From Candidatus Limnocylindria bacterium (lineage in GTDB: Bacteria; Chloroflexota; Limnocylindria; QHBO01): a stretch of 64,000 nucleotides of DNA. Below the pieces are notes generated by a model. It was not told the DNA's origin. It was given only the letters and a program-made list of their open reading frames with translations, and ran no database searches. The DNA lies in NCBI GenBank assembly GCA_036556695.1, contig DATBIY010000013.1, positions 18,946 to 82,945 on the forward strand. Direction: 5' to 3'. This document shows positions 36,316 to 44,103 of this stretch, piece after piece; the stretch's first letter is position 1; each line of letters begins with the position of its first letter. The position numbers and the translations under genes are program-made.

Positions 36316-37947
36316 TCAGTCCCGAGCGTGCCGCATCGCGCGGCCCGGTGTCGCACCGGTGTGCGAGCCGCCATCCACCACCAGCGTGCCGTTCACCAGC
36401 ACGTGCTCGATGCCATCCGGGAATTGTCGCGGCTCGTCATACGTGGCGTTGGCGCGCACGCGCTGCGCGTCGAAGACGACCACGTCCGCTGCGTATCCGT
36501 CGCGCAGCAGCCCGCGGCTCCTGAGGCCAAGCCGCGCGGCCGGCGCGCCGGTCATGCGGTGCACGGCTTCCTCCAGGCTGAGCAGCGCCTCCTCGCGCAC
36601 GAACTGCCCCAGGATCCGCGGGAAGGAGCCGTAGGTGCGCGGCGACGGCTTCTCGCCCAGGAACGTCGAGTCGGTGCCGATCATGGCCGAGGGGTGCTGC
36701 AGGAAGCGGCGCAGTCCGTCGGTGTGCGGCCCGCTGGTGACCTGCGCCACCCGCAGGTCCTCGGACAGCAGCAGGTCGCAGATCACGTCGACCGCGTCAC
36801 GGCCGGTGTCATCCATCACGTCCGCCAGGCTTCGCGACTCCCAAGGAACGTTCTCCGGTCGCGTGAAGGCGCCCAGGCGCACGTCCGCCCAACCTGCCGC
36901 GCCGGCGTAGGCCGCCCCGCGGGCGGCCAGCTCCTGGCGAATCCGGTCACGCATTCCGGCGTCCGCCAGGCGTTCTTTCAGCGGCGCGGGGCCCCCGGCC
37001 TGGACCCACTGCGGCAGCTGGATGAGCAGCCGGGTCGACGCCCACTCGTAGGGGTAGGTGTCGAAGCTGACGTCCTGCCCGGCGGCCTGCGCATCGTCGA
37101 CCAGCGCCAGCAGCTGCTCCGGCGTCCCCGGATAGGTGAGGCGGTGATAGAAGTGGGTGATGTGCGCCGGCCCTTCGCCACGGCGCCCGATCTCGACCGC
37201 CTCGCGAAACGGGTCCATGAAGCGATCGCCAAGCGGGTAGCGGACGTGGGTGTGGTAGATGCCGCCGTGGCGCGCCGCCTCCGCCGTCAGCGCGGCCAGC
37301 TCATCGGTCGAGGCATACGAGCCCGGCGGGTAGTCCAGGCCGCTGGAGATGCCGAAGGCGCCTTCCTCCATGGCCTCGCGCAGCATGGCGCGCATGCTGG
37401 CCAGCGCCCGCTCATCGGCCGGTGCATCGTCCCAGCCGATGGCGCCGATGCGCAGCGCGCTGTTCCCGACCAGCACCCCGACGTTGATGGCCTGCCCGCG
37501 GTCGTATCGGTCCAGGTAGGAAGCGACCGTGTCCCAGTCGTAGTCAAGCGGCGGGTCGCCGTCCAGGCCGGCGTTCAGGCGGACGAAGGCCTCCAGGTCG
37601 TCGCGATGGGCGAAGGGCGCGTAGCCGTTGCCGTCGACGCCGATGATCTCCGTGGTGACACCCTGGCGCACCTTCGGCTCATGCCGCGGATCGGCCAGGA
37701 TCACCAGCCCGCCGTGCGAGTGCAGGTCGATGAACCCCGGCGCCACCACCATGCCCGTCGCGTCAAGGACGCGTCGCGCCTCCGGCTGCCACCCAGCCGG
37801 TCCCAGCTGCAGGCGACCGTCCCGCACGCCAACTGTTCCCGGCGCAGTGGCTGCGCCACTGCCATCCACCAGGCTGCCACCGCTGATGAGCAGCTCGACC
37901 CGCTGAGGGAGAGCCTTGTCGTGCTCGTCGCGACCGGCCATCTCCAC
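36316..37947 (-). CDS. N-acyl-D-amino-acid deacylase (COG3653-type) family amidohydrolase
   Basis: LLISGGSLVDGSG, PGFIDLHSHG, KVRQGVTTEIIG. The start is GTG 37947 (TATACT-N6-GTG) or ATG 37941. The remaining 190 codons of ORF 36316..38514 are antisense to the mocA-like gene and were rejected. Confidence 0.8.
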   Translation of the reverse strand: MEMAGRDEHDKALPQRVELLISGGSLVDGSGAATAPGTVGVRDGRLQLGPAGWQPEARRVLDATGMVVAPGFIDLHSHGGLVILADPRHEPKVRQGVTTEIIGVDGNGYAPFAHRDDLEAFVRLNAGLDGDPPLDYDWDTVASYLDRYDRGQAINVGVLVGNSALRIGAIGWDDAPADERALASMRAMLREAMEEGAFGISSGLDYPPGSYASTDELAALTAEAARHGGIYHTHVRYPLGDRFMDPFREAVEIGRRGEGPAHITHFYHRLTYPGTPEQLLALVDDAQAAGQDVSFDTYPYEWASTRLLIQLPQWVQAGGPAPLKERLADAGMRDRIRQELAARGAAYAGAAGWADVRLGAFTRPENVPWESRSLADVMDDTGRDAVDVICDLLLSEDLRVAQVTSGPHTDGLRRFLQHPSAMIGTDSTFLGEKPSPRTYGSFPRILGQFVREEALLSLEEAVHRMTGAPAARLGLRSRGLLRDGYAADVVVFDAQRVRANATYDEPRQFPDGIEHVLVNGTLVVDGGSHTGATPGRAMRHARD

Positions 37948-37953
37948 GGGCGC

Positions 37954-37961
37954 AGTATATG
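37954..37961. promoter_or_regulatory. overlapping back-to-back -10 boxes in a 19-25 bp divergent gap
   Basis: Minus strand: TATACT-gcgccc-GTG (amidohydrolase). Plus strand: (G)TATAT(G)-N5/6-ATG 37967 (mocA-like). Confidence 0.4.
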
Positions 37962-37966
37962 GACCG

Positions 37967-38575
37967 ATGGAGAGGCCGCAGCACGTCGCGGCGGTGGTCC
38001 TGGCGGCGGGCGAGTCCCGCCGCTTCGGGTCGCCGAAGCAGCTCGCCCAGCTGGATGGACGCACGTTGCTGGAGCACGTCCTGGAGCTGGCGCGGGCTGC
38101 CGAGCTCGACCCGGTGGTGGCGGTCGTGCCGGTATGGCTCAGCCGCCCCGCCTCGATGGACGACGAGCGGCTGCGCTGGGTGCGCAACCCGCACCCGGAG
38201 CGAGGGATGAGCCACTCGCTGCGGCTCGGCTTCGCCGCGCTGCCACGGGACGTCGAGGCGGCGGTGATCCTGCTCGGCGACCAGCCGAGCGTTGGCCTGG
38301 CGACCATCGGCAGGCTGCTGCTGGCACGTGGCGAGCGCCCGCTGATTGCCACGCGAGCGGAGGGACGGATGGCGGCGCCTGTCCTGGTCGATCGCAGCCA
38401 TTTCGGCGTGGTGGAGCAGCCGAGCGGTGACATCGGCCTGCGGGAGGTGCTTGCAAGCCATCCCGAATGGGTTTTGGCAGTGGATGTCGAGCGCGCGCCG
38501 TCGGACGTCGACACGCCCGATGACCTCGCTAGAATCGGTCACATGTTCGATTCCGAGGCTGGCAAGCGGCGCTGA
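37967..38575 (+). CDS. MobA/MocA-like nucleotidyltransferase (molybdenum cofactor cytidylyltransferase candidate)
   Basis: AAVVLAAGESRRFGSPKQL..L.G..LL. ~202 aa. The stop shares one base with the ruvB ATG (TGATG). Confidence 0.75.
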   Translation: MERPQHVAAVVLAAGESRRFGSPKQLAQLDGRTLLEHVLELARAAELDPVVAVVPVWLSRPASMDDERLRWVRNPHPERGMSHSLRLGFAALPRDVEAAVILLGDQPSVGLATIGRLLLARGERPLIATRAEGRMAAPVLVDRSHFGVVEQPSGDIGLREVLASHPEWVLAVDVERAPSDVDTPDDLARIGHMFDSEAGKRR

Positions 38576-39615
38576 TGACCATCGAGCGGGTGACCAGCCC
38601 GGAGATCGCCGAGGACGAGCTGGTCCTGGAGGCCAGCGTCCGGCCGCGACGGCTGGATGAGTTCGCCGGGCAGGATCGGGTCAAGCAGAACCTGGCGATC
38701 CTGATCGACGCGGCGCGGCAGCGCGATGAGCCGGTCGACCACGTCCTGCTCTACGGCCCGCCGGGGCTGGGCAAGACGACGCTGGCCAACATCGTGGCCG
38801 CCGAGATGGGGGCGCAGATCCGCACCACCTCCGGTCCGGCCATCGAGCGCGCCGGCGACCTGGCCGCGGTGCTCACCGCACTGGGCAAGGGCGACGTGCT
38901 GTTCATCGACGAGATCCACCGGCTGAGCCACGCGGTGGAGGAGATCCTGTACCCGGCCATGGAGGACTTCGCGCTGGACGTGGTGCTGGGCAAGGGTCCC
39001 GGCGCGCGCACGGTGCGGCTGCAGATCGAGCACGTGACGGTGATCGGCGCCACGACCCGGGTGGGGAGCATCACCGGCCCCCTGCGCGACCGGTTCGGCG
39101 CGACCTACCGGCTGGACTACTACTCGCAGGAGGACCTGGAGCGGATCCTGCGCCGCAGCGCCGACATCCTGGAGGTTTCCCTGCCCGATGACGCCGCTCG
39201 CCTGGTCGCCGGTCGCTCCCGCGGCACGCCGCGCATCGCCAACCGGCTGCTCAAGCGGGTAAGAGACTACGCGCAGGTGCGCGGCGATGGCGACGTGACC
39301 GAGGCGCTGGCGGCCGATGCGCTCGCCCTGCTGGACATCGACGAACGCGGCCTGGATGCCATGGATCGCCAGCTGCTGACCGCCATGGCCGAGCATCACG
39401 CCGGCGGGCCGGTGGGGCTGGCCACCATGGCGGCCACCGTCTCGGAGCCGATCGAGACCATCGAGGACGTGGTGGAGCCGTACCTGATGCAGATCGGCCT
39501 GCTGGCTCGCACGTCGCGCGGCCGGTTGCTGACGGAGTCCGGCTGGCGCCACCTGGGCCTGATACCGCCGGCGGGGGCATCGGCTCCGAACCAGCAACCC
39601 GGGCTGTTCGACTAG
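38575..39615 (+). CDS. ruvB: Holliday junction branch migration DNA helicase RuvB
   Basis: LRPRRLDEFAGQDRVKQNL, Walker A GPPGLGKTTLA, DEIHRL, RGTPRIANRLLKRVRD. Confidence 0.95.
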   Translation: MTIERVTSPEIAEDELVLEASVRPRRLDEFAGQDRVKQNLAILIDAARQRDEPVDHVLLYGPPGLGKTTLANIVAAEMGAQIRTTSGPAIERAGDLAAVLTALGKGDVLFIDEIHRLSHAVEEILYPAMEDFALDVVLGKGPGARTVRLQIEHVTVIGATTRVGSITGPLRDRFGATYRLDYYSQEDLERILRRSADILEVSLPDDAARLVAGRSRGTPRIANRLLKRVRDYAQVRGDGDVTEALAADALALLDIDERGLDAMDRQLLTAMAEHHAGGPVGLATMAATVSEPIETIEDVVEPYLMQIGLLARTSRGRLLTESGWRHLGLIPPAGASAPNQQPGLFD

Positions 39616-39619
39616 CCCG

Positions 39620-40333
39620 GTGTCCGTCCGCGACGCCTGGGAAGAGGAGGCCGCCAACTGGCTGGCCTGGGCACGGACTCCCGGGCACGACAGCTATTGG
39701 CGATTCCACCGCGACCGCTTCCTGGCGCTGCTGTCGCCGCCACCGACGCGACTCCTGGACGTCGGCTGTGGCGAGGGTCGCCTGCCGCGCGACCTGAAGA
39801 GCGCCGGCTACGAGGTGGTCGGCATCGACGGCTCGTCGACGTTGGTCCAGCACGCACTGGCCGCGGACCCGGGCGGCGACTACAGGGTGGCCGATGCGGC
39901 CGCGCTGCCCTTCGAGGACGGCACGTTCCCGCTCGTCACGGCCTTCATGTCGCTGCATGACATCGATGACGCCGCGGGAGCGCTCGCCGAGATGGCGCGT
40001 GTCCTGCAACCGGGCGGCAGCCTGTGCATGGCGATGGTGCACCCCATCAACTCAGCGGGCGCCTTTGAGGACGACGAAGCGGATGCGCCATTCGTCATCC
40101 GTGACTCGTACTTCGAGGAGCGCCGGTATGCCGATTCGGTCGAGCGCGACGGCCTGCAGATGACCTTCACCAGCTACCACCGACCGCTGCAGGCTTACAC
40201 CGCCTGGCTGGAAGCGGCCGGCATGACCATCCGACAGATCGTGGAGGTCGAGGACAGCACCGCGCCAGCCGGTTCGCGGTGGCAGCGCATTCCGCTCTTC
40301 ATCCACCTGCGAGCAACGAAGGACGCGGGGTGA
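39620..40333 (+). CDS. class I SAM-dependent methyltransferase
   Basis: LLDVGCGEGRL, VVGIDGS, LQPGGSLCMAMVHP. GTG start 4 nt after the ruvB stop. Confidence 0.8.
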   Translation: MSVRDAWEEEAANWLAWARTPGHDSYWRFHRDRFLALLSPPPTRLLDVGCGEGRLPRDLKSAGYEVVGIDGSSTLVQHALAADPGGDYRVADAAALPFEDGTFPLVTAFMSLHDIDDAAGALAEMARVLQPGGSLCMAMVHPINSAGAFEDDEADAPFVIRDSYFEERRYADSVERDGLQMTFTSYHRPLQAYTAWLEAAGMTIRQIVEVEDSTAPAGSRWQRIPLFIHLRATKDAG

Positions 40334-40545
40334 GCCCGGAGATCGGGCGGGTGCTGCTGCTCATCGGCGTCGTGCTGGTGGTCGTCGGCGGCCTGGCCGC
40401 GCTGGGGGTGAAGCTGCCGTTCGGGCGGCTGCCTGGCGACATCGCCATTGAAGGCGAGCGCGGCGGCATCTACATCCCGCTGGGCACGATGCTCGTCATC
40501 TCGCTCGTGCTGACCATCCTGGCCAACTTCTTCCTGCGACGCTGA
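40330..40545 (+). CDS. DUF2905 family small membrane protein
   Basis: GTG 40330 overlaps the upstream stop (GTGA). FGRLPGDIAIEGERGGIYIPLGTMLVISLVLT is typical of DUF2905. Confidence 0.65.
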   Translation: MSPEIGRVLLLIGVVLVVVGGLAALGVKLPFGRLPGDIAIEGERGGIYIPLGTMLVISLVLTILANFFLRR

Positions 40546-40857
40546 CGCGCCCGGCGAGCCTTTCCTGACGAAGATTCCCGCCCTACGGGACTACCGACGA
40601 AGAAGGGCCGAATTCGGGCCTAAGACGGCTGCAACCTGGTCGAATTTCCCGTCCCGCGAGAATCGGCAATGAGAAGGGCCGGCTTCCTGTTCGTTGCTTC
40701 CACCCCACGGGAATCGGCGGCAGCGAAGCGGGCACGAGAGCCCCGCGCGCGAAAGACCTAGCCCAGCGCGTCTTCTCCGGGGTAGGATCGCGCCGACCGC
40801 GTCCCCCCAAGGCATAGGCGCGGGGGACGGGTCCGGAGGATGGAGGGCTTGTCAATC
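40546..40857 (+). promoter_or_regulatory. 312-nt non-coding, lower-GC, repeat- and hairpin-rich region upstream of the purine permease (candidate operator array and/or cis-regulatory RNA)
   Basis: No credible ORF. Three related hairpin-prone motifs (40575-40590, 40645-40661, 40698-40712). AGAAGGGCCG occurs twice and G(A/G)GAATCGGC twice. TAGGAT at 40783-40788 is followed by a 12-bp bulged hairpin (40795-40833) abutting the SD. Confidence 0.35.
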
Positions 40858-42174
40858 GTGGAGGAATTCTTCCACCTGCGCGAACGGGGGACGACCGTCG
40901 GCACCGAGATCAAGGCCGGCGTAACCACCTTCATGGTGATGGTCTACATCGTCGCCGTGAACCCGCTGATCCTGAGCGCCGCGGGGATCGACGTCGGCGC
41001 TGCCGCTGCGGCCACCGCCCTGACCGCGGGCGTGATGACCATCCTGATGGGAGTGATCGGCAACGTGCCGATCGCCATCGCCGCGGGGCTGGGCATCAAC
41101 GGCATCGTCGCCTTCGGCCTGGTGATCGGGGCGGGGCTGACGCCGGCTGGTGCCATGGCCGTCATCGTGATGGAAGGCGTGGTCATCACCCTGCTGGTCC
41201 TGATCGGCCTGCGGGAGGCGGTGATGAACGCGGTGCCGCTCAGCCTGAAACGAGCCATCGCCGTCGGCATCGGCCTGTTCATCCTGTTCATCGGCTTCTT
41301 CGATGGCAGCCTGATCACCGCCGGCCAGGGGACGCCGGTCCAGTTCGTATTCCCGAATTCGCCAGAGGCTTCGGTCACGATCATCGGCCTGGCGATCACC
41401 ATCATCCTGTTCGTGCGCAAGGTGCCGGCGGCGCTGCTGATCAGCATCGTGCTGACCAGCGTGGTTGCCTTCATCCTGGGCGTCGGCAAGTTCCCCGAGC
41501 AGGGGCTGTCGGTCGCGCCGGACTTCAGCACCATCGGCAACCTGGACTTCTCGAACGTCTTCAGCCACCTCGGCCTGGTGGCCGCGCTGCTGACGATCTT
41601 CACCATCATGCTGGCCGACTTCTTCGACACGATGGGCACGGCCACGGCCATCACCGAGCAGGCCGGGCTGACAACCGAGAAGGGCGAGGTGCCGGGCATC
41701 GGCCGCATCCTGTTGGTCGACTCGGTCGCTGCCGTGGCCGGCGGAGCAGCCGGCATCAGCTCGAACACCAGCTACATCGAGAGCGCCGCCGGCGTCGCGG
41801 AGGGCGGCCGCACCGGCCTGACTTCGGTCGTCGTGGGCCTGCTCTTCCTGGTGATGGTGTTCCTGTCACCGCTGGTCGAGCTCATCCCGCTGCAGGCCAC
41901 GGCCCCGGTGCTCATCGTGGTCGGCTACCTCATGGCCACCCTGATCAAGGACATCGACTTCACCGACGTCGAGGAAGGCCTGCCGGCACTCTTCGGCGTG
42001 ATCCTGATGCCGATCACCTTCAGCATCACGGTGGGCATCGGCGCCGCCTTCATCAGCTACGTGCTCATCAAGGTAGTGCGCGGCAAGATCGATGAGATCC
42101 ACCTGCTGATGTGGGTCACCGCCATCGCCTTTGCCGTGTATTTCGCGCAGACCTGGCTGAACCAGGTCCTGTAG
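40858..42174 (+). CDS. NCS2 family purine permease (AzgA/PbuG-type adenine/guanine/hypoxanthine transporter)
   Basis: FFHLRERGTTVGTEIKAGVTTFMVMVYIVAVNP plus multiple TM helices. GTG 40858 has GGAGGG ~9 nt upstream. ATG 40840 (ORF track start) sits directly on the SD and is less likely. Confidence 0.9.
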   Translation: MEEFFHLRERGTTVGTEIKAGVTTFMVMVYIVAVNPLILSAAGIDVGAAAAATALTAGVMTILMGVIGNVPIAIAAGLGINGIVAFGLVIGAGLTPAGAMAVIVMEGVVITLLVLIGLREAVMNAVPLSLKRAIAVGIGLFILFIGFFDGSLITAGQGTPVQFVFPNSPEASVTIIGLAITIILFVRKVPAALLISIVLTSVVAFILGVGKFPEQGLSVAPDFSTIGNLDFSNVFSHLGLVAALLTIFTIMLADFFDTMGTATAITEQAGLTTEKGEVPGIGRILLVDSVAAVAGGAAGISSNTSYIESAAGVAEGGRTGLTSVVVGLLFLVMVFLSPLVELIPLQATAPVLIVVGYLMATLIKDIDFTDVEEGLPALFGVILMPITFSITVGIGAAFISYVLIKVVRGKIDEIHLLMWVTAIAFAVYFAQTWLNQVL

Positions 42175-42191
42175 CGCCGATATCTCTCATG

Positions 42192-42229
42192 GCGCCCGGC
42201 CGGATCCGTCCGGCCGGGCGCTAGTCTTG
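42192..42229 (+). terminator. intrinsic-terminator-like hairpin after the permease
   Basis: Perfect 12-bp GC stem GCGCCCGGCCGG (42192-42203) / CCGGCCGGGCGC (42210-42221), 6-nt loop, weak T tail TAGTCTTG. Confidence 0.6.
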
Positions 42230-42238
42230 CCGGCATCC

Positions 42239-43321
42239 ATGAGCGATCCACCGTCCTCGCCGCGCCTGCGCGTCGGCGACTTCGACTACCGGCTGCCGGA
42301 ATCTGCCATTGCCCAGGTCCCCGCCGAGCCGCGGGATGCCTCGCGCCTGCTGGTGCTCGATCGGGCACGCTCACGTCCGGGCAGGCCGCACCTGACGCAC
42401 CGCATCTTCCGGGAGCTGGGGGAGGAGCTGCGCAGCGGCGACCTGCTGGTCACGAACGACTCGAAGGTCATCGCCGCGCGGCTGCCGGCGCGACGCGATA
42501 CCGGCGGGACCGCCGAGGTGCTGGTCCTGCGCCCGACGGCCCAGGACGCCGGCCGCTGGGAGGCGCTGCTGCGGCCATCGCGACGGATCGAGGTGGGCGA
42601 CCGGCTGACCCTGCGCTCCGGCGACGTGCTCGAGGTGGGGGAGCGGCTGGGCTCCGGCACCCGCGCGGTGCGCTTCGCCCGCGACCCGCTGGCCGTGATC
42701 GCGGCGGCGGGCGAGATGCCGCTGCCGCCCTACATCCGCAGCCGATCCAGCGCCGCCGAGCGCTACCAGACCGTCTATGCCGAGCCGCCGGGCTCCGCCG
42801 CCGCGCCGACTGCCGGGCTGCACTTCACCCCGGAGCTGCTCCACGCGCTCCTGCAGCAGGGCGTGCGCCGCGCGGCGGTCACCCTGCACGTCGGGCTCGA
42901 CACCTTCCGTCCGCTGGAAGGCGAGTTCGTCGAGGAGCACGCGATCCACCGCGAGTGGTACGACATCCCGTTGTCGACGCGTCGCGCCATGGCGTCGACG
43001 CGCCGGCGTGGCGGCCGGGTGGTGGCCGTCGGCACGACGACGGTGCGCACCCTCGAGACCCGAGCGCACGGCGGTCCGGCGGCTGGCTGGAGCGGCCTGT
43101 ACATCACGCCGCCGTACCCATTCGCGGCCATCGATGCGCTGGTGACCAACTTCCACCTGCCGCGCAGCTCATTGCTGCTGCTGGTCACCGCCTGGGTGCA
43201 GCACGGCATGCGCGGCGCGGACGCGTACGCGGCGCGCGACACGCTGCTGGCCGCGTACCGCACGGCGTTGGACGAGGGCTATCGGTTCTTCAGCTTCGGC
43301 GACGCGATGCTGATCGTCTGA
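42239..43321 (+). CDS. queA: tRNA preQ1(34) S-adenosylmethionine ribosyltransferase-isomerase
   Basis: FDYRLPESAIAQVPAEPRDASRLLVL, PLPPYI, GSAAAPTAGLHFT, VGTTTVRTLE, FFSFGDAMLI. The ORF track start TTG 42227 is also possible. Confidence 0.9.
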   Translation: MSDPPSSPRLRVGDFDYRLPESAIAQVPAEPRDASRLLVLDRARSRPGRPHLTHRIFRELGEELRSGDLLVTNDSKVIAARLPARRDTGGTAEVLVLRPTAQDAGRWEALLRPSRRIEVGDRLTLRSGDVLEVGERLGSGTRAVRFARDPLAVIAAAGEMPLPPYIRSRSSAAERYQTVYAEPPGSAAAPTAGLHFTPELLHALLQQGVRRAAVTLHVGLDTFRPLEGEFVEEHAIHREWYDIPLSTRRAMASTRRRGGRVVAVGTTTVRTLETRAHGGPAAGWSGLYITPPYPFAAIDALVTNFHLPRSSLLLLVTAWVQHGMRGADAYAARDTLLAAYRTALDEGYRFFSFGDAMLIV

Positions 43322-43341
43322 GCCGGCTCAGGCGGATGGGC

Positions 43342-44055
43342 TCAGGCTTCCGGCTCGCGGAGGCCAAGCCGCCGTTCCACCGCGGCGAGCGTCTCCTCGG
43401 GTCGGCGGCCGACCGGCGCCGGCTGGCGTGGCTCGACGGGAGGCGCATCGCTGTTGGTGCCGGAGGTGGCCGGTGCCGTGGGCTGAGCCGGCGGCGCAGG
43501 CTGCGGCGGTCGCGCCACCGGGCGGTTGGCACGGGCTGCCTCGGCCGCCGCGGAGGAGCGTCCCAGGAACGCCGGAACCGGGTCGTCGGACTGGTGCTGC
43601 GCCTGGGCGGCCGCGGAGGGCTCGGCCATCACCGAGCAGGCGGCGGCGAACTCGGCCAGCGCACGGCCCAGTTCGGGGGTATCGGCCATGGTATCCAGTG
43701 CGGGACGAGCGAGGCGGAGGCGCCATCGGCTCTGGTGCTCATGCGCCCACAGGCGGAAGGTCTCGCCGCGCAGATCCACGCCGCGAACCGAGGTCCAGGG
43801 GTAGAGCCGCACGCTCAGCGAGAAGCGGGCCGTGGAGCCGTGCGGGGCGTACCAGGAGTCGAGCAGCCCGACCTCGCTGGCCACCAGGATGCGGCGCTCG
43901 TCGTCCTGGCCACTGGCCGCCATGGCGTAGACCGCGAAGTCGTCTGCACCCAGCGTCTCGAGGTGCAGACGCACCCACTCGCGGACCTCGTCATTGAGAT
44001 AGGGGTTTCGCGGCCAGTCCGCCAGTCGCAATGCCGGTCCTCCTCCGTGCAGCAC
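43342..44055 (-). CDS. hypothetical protein with Pro/Ala-rich C-terminal half
   Basis: GTG 44055 is the first start that does not overlap tgt. The ~130-aa N-terminal region looks globular and the remainder is low complexity. No family recognised. Confidence 0.45.
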   Translation of the reverse strand: MLHGGGPALRLADWPRNPYLNDEVREWVRLHLETLGADDFAVYAMAASGQDDERRILVASEVGLLDSWYAPHGSTARFSLSVRLYPWTSVRGVDLRGETFRLWAHEHQSRWRLRLARPALDTMADTPELGRALAEFAAACSVMAEPSAAAQAQHQSDDPVPAFLGRSSAAAEAARANRPVARPPQPAPPAQPTAPATSGTNSDAPPVEPRQPAPVGRRPEETLAAVERRLGLREPEA

Positions 44056-44103
44056 TGCGTAGCCTATCCTCTCGCGATGCCGACGGCCAGAGGGCGCTAG
44101 AAA

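Noticed and set aside
33674-38430. Two long plus-strand ORFs (33674..35977, 767 aa; 35839..38430, 863 aa) across the XDH/VOC/amidohydrolase region
   Set aside because: They are antisense shadows of the XDH large subunit, VOC and COG3653 amidohydrolase genes. They are Arg/Gly/Ala-rich and lack motifs.
40546-40857. Canonical guanine/adenine (purine) riboswitch upstream of the NCS2 permease
   Set aside because: I looked for the conserved UAUAAU junction, the loop-loop AUAUGG / UAAAU pair and the CUACC / GACUA junctions and did not find them. Only an unclassified structured region can be claimed.
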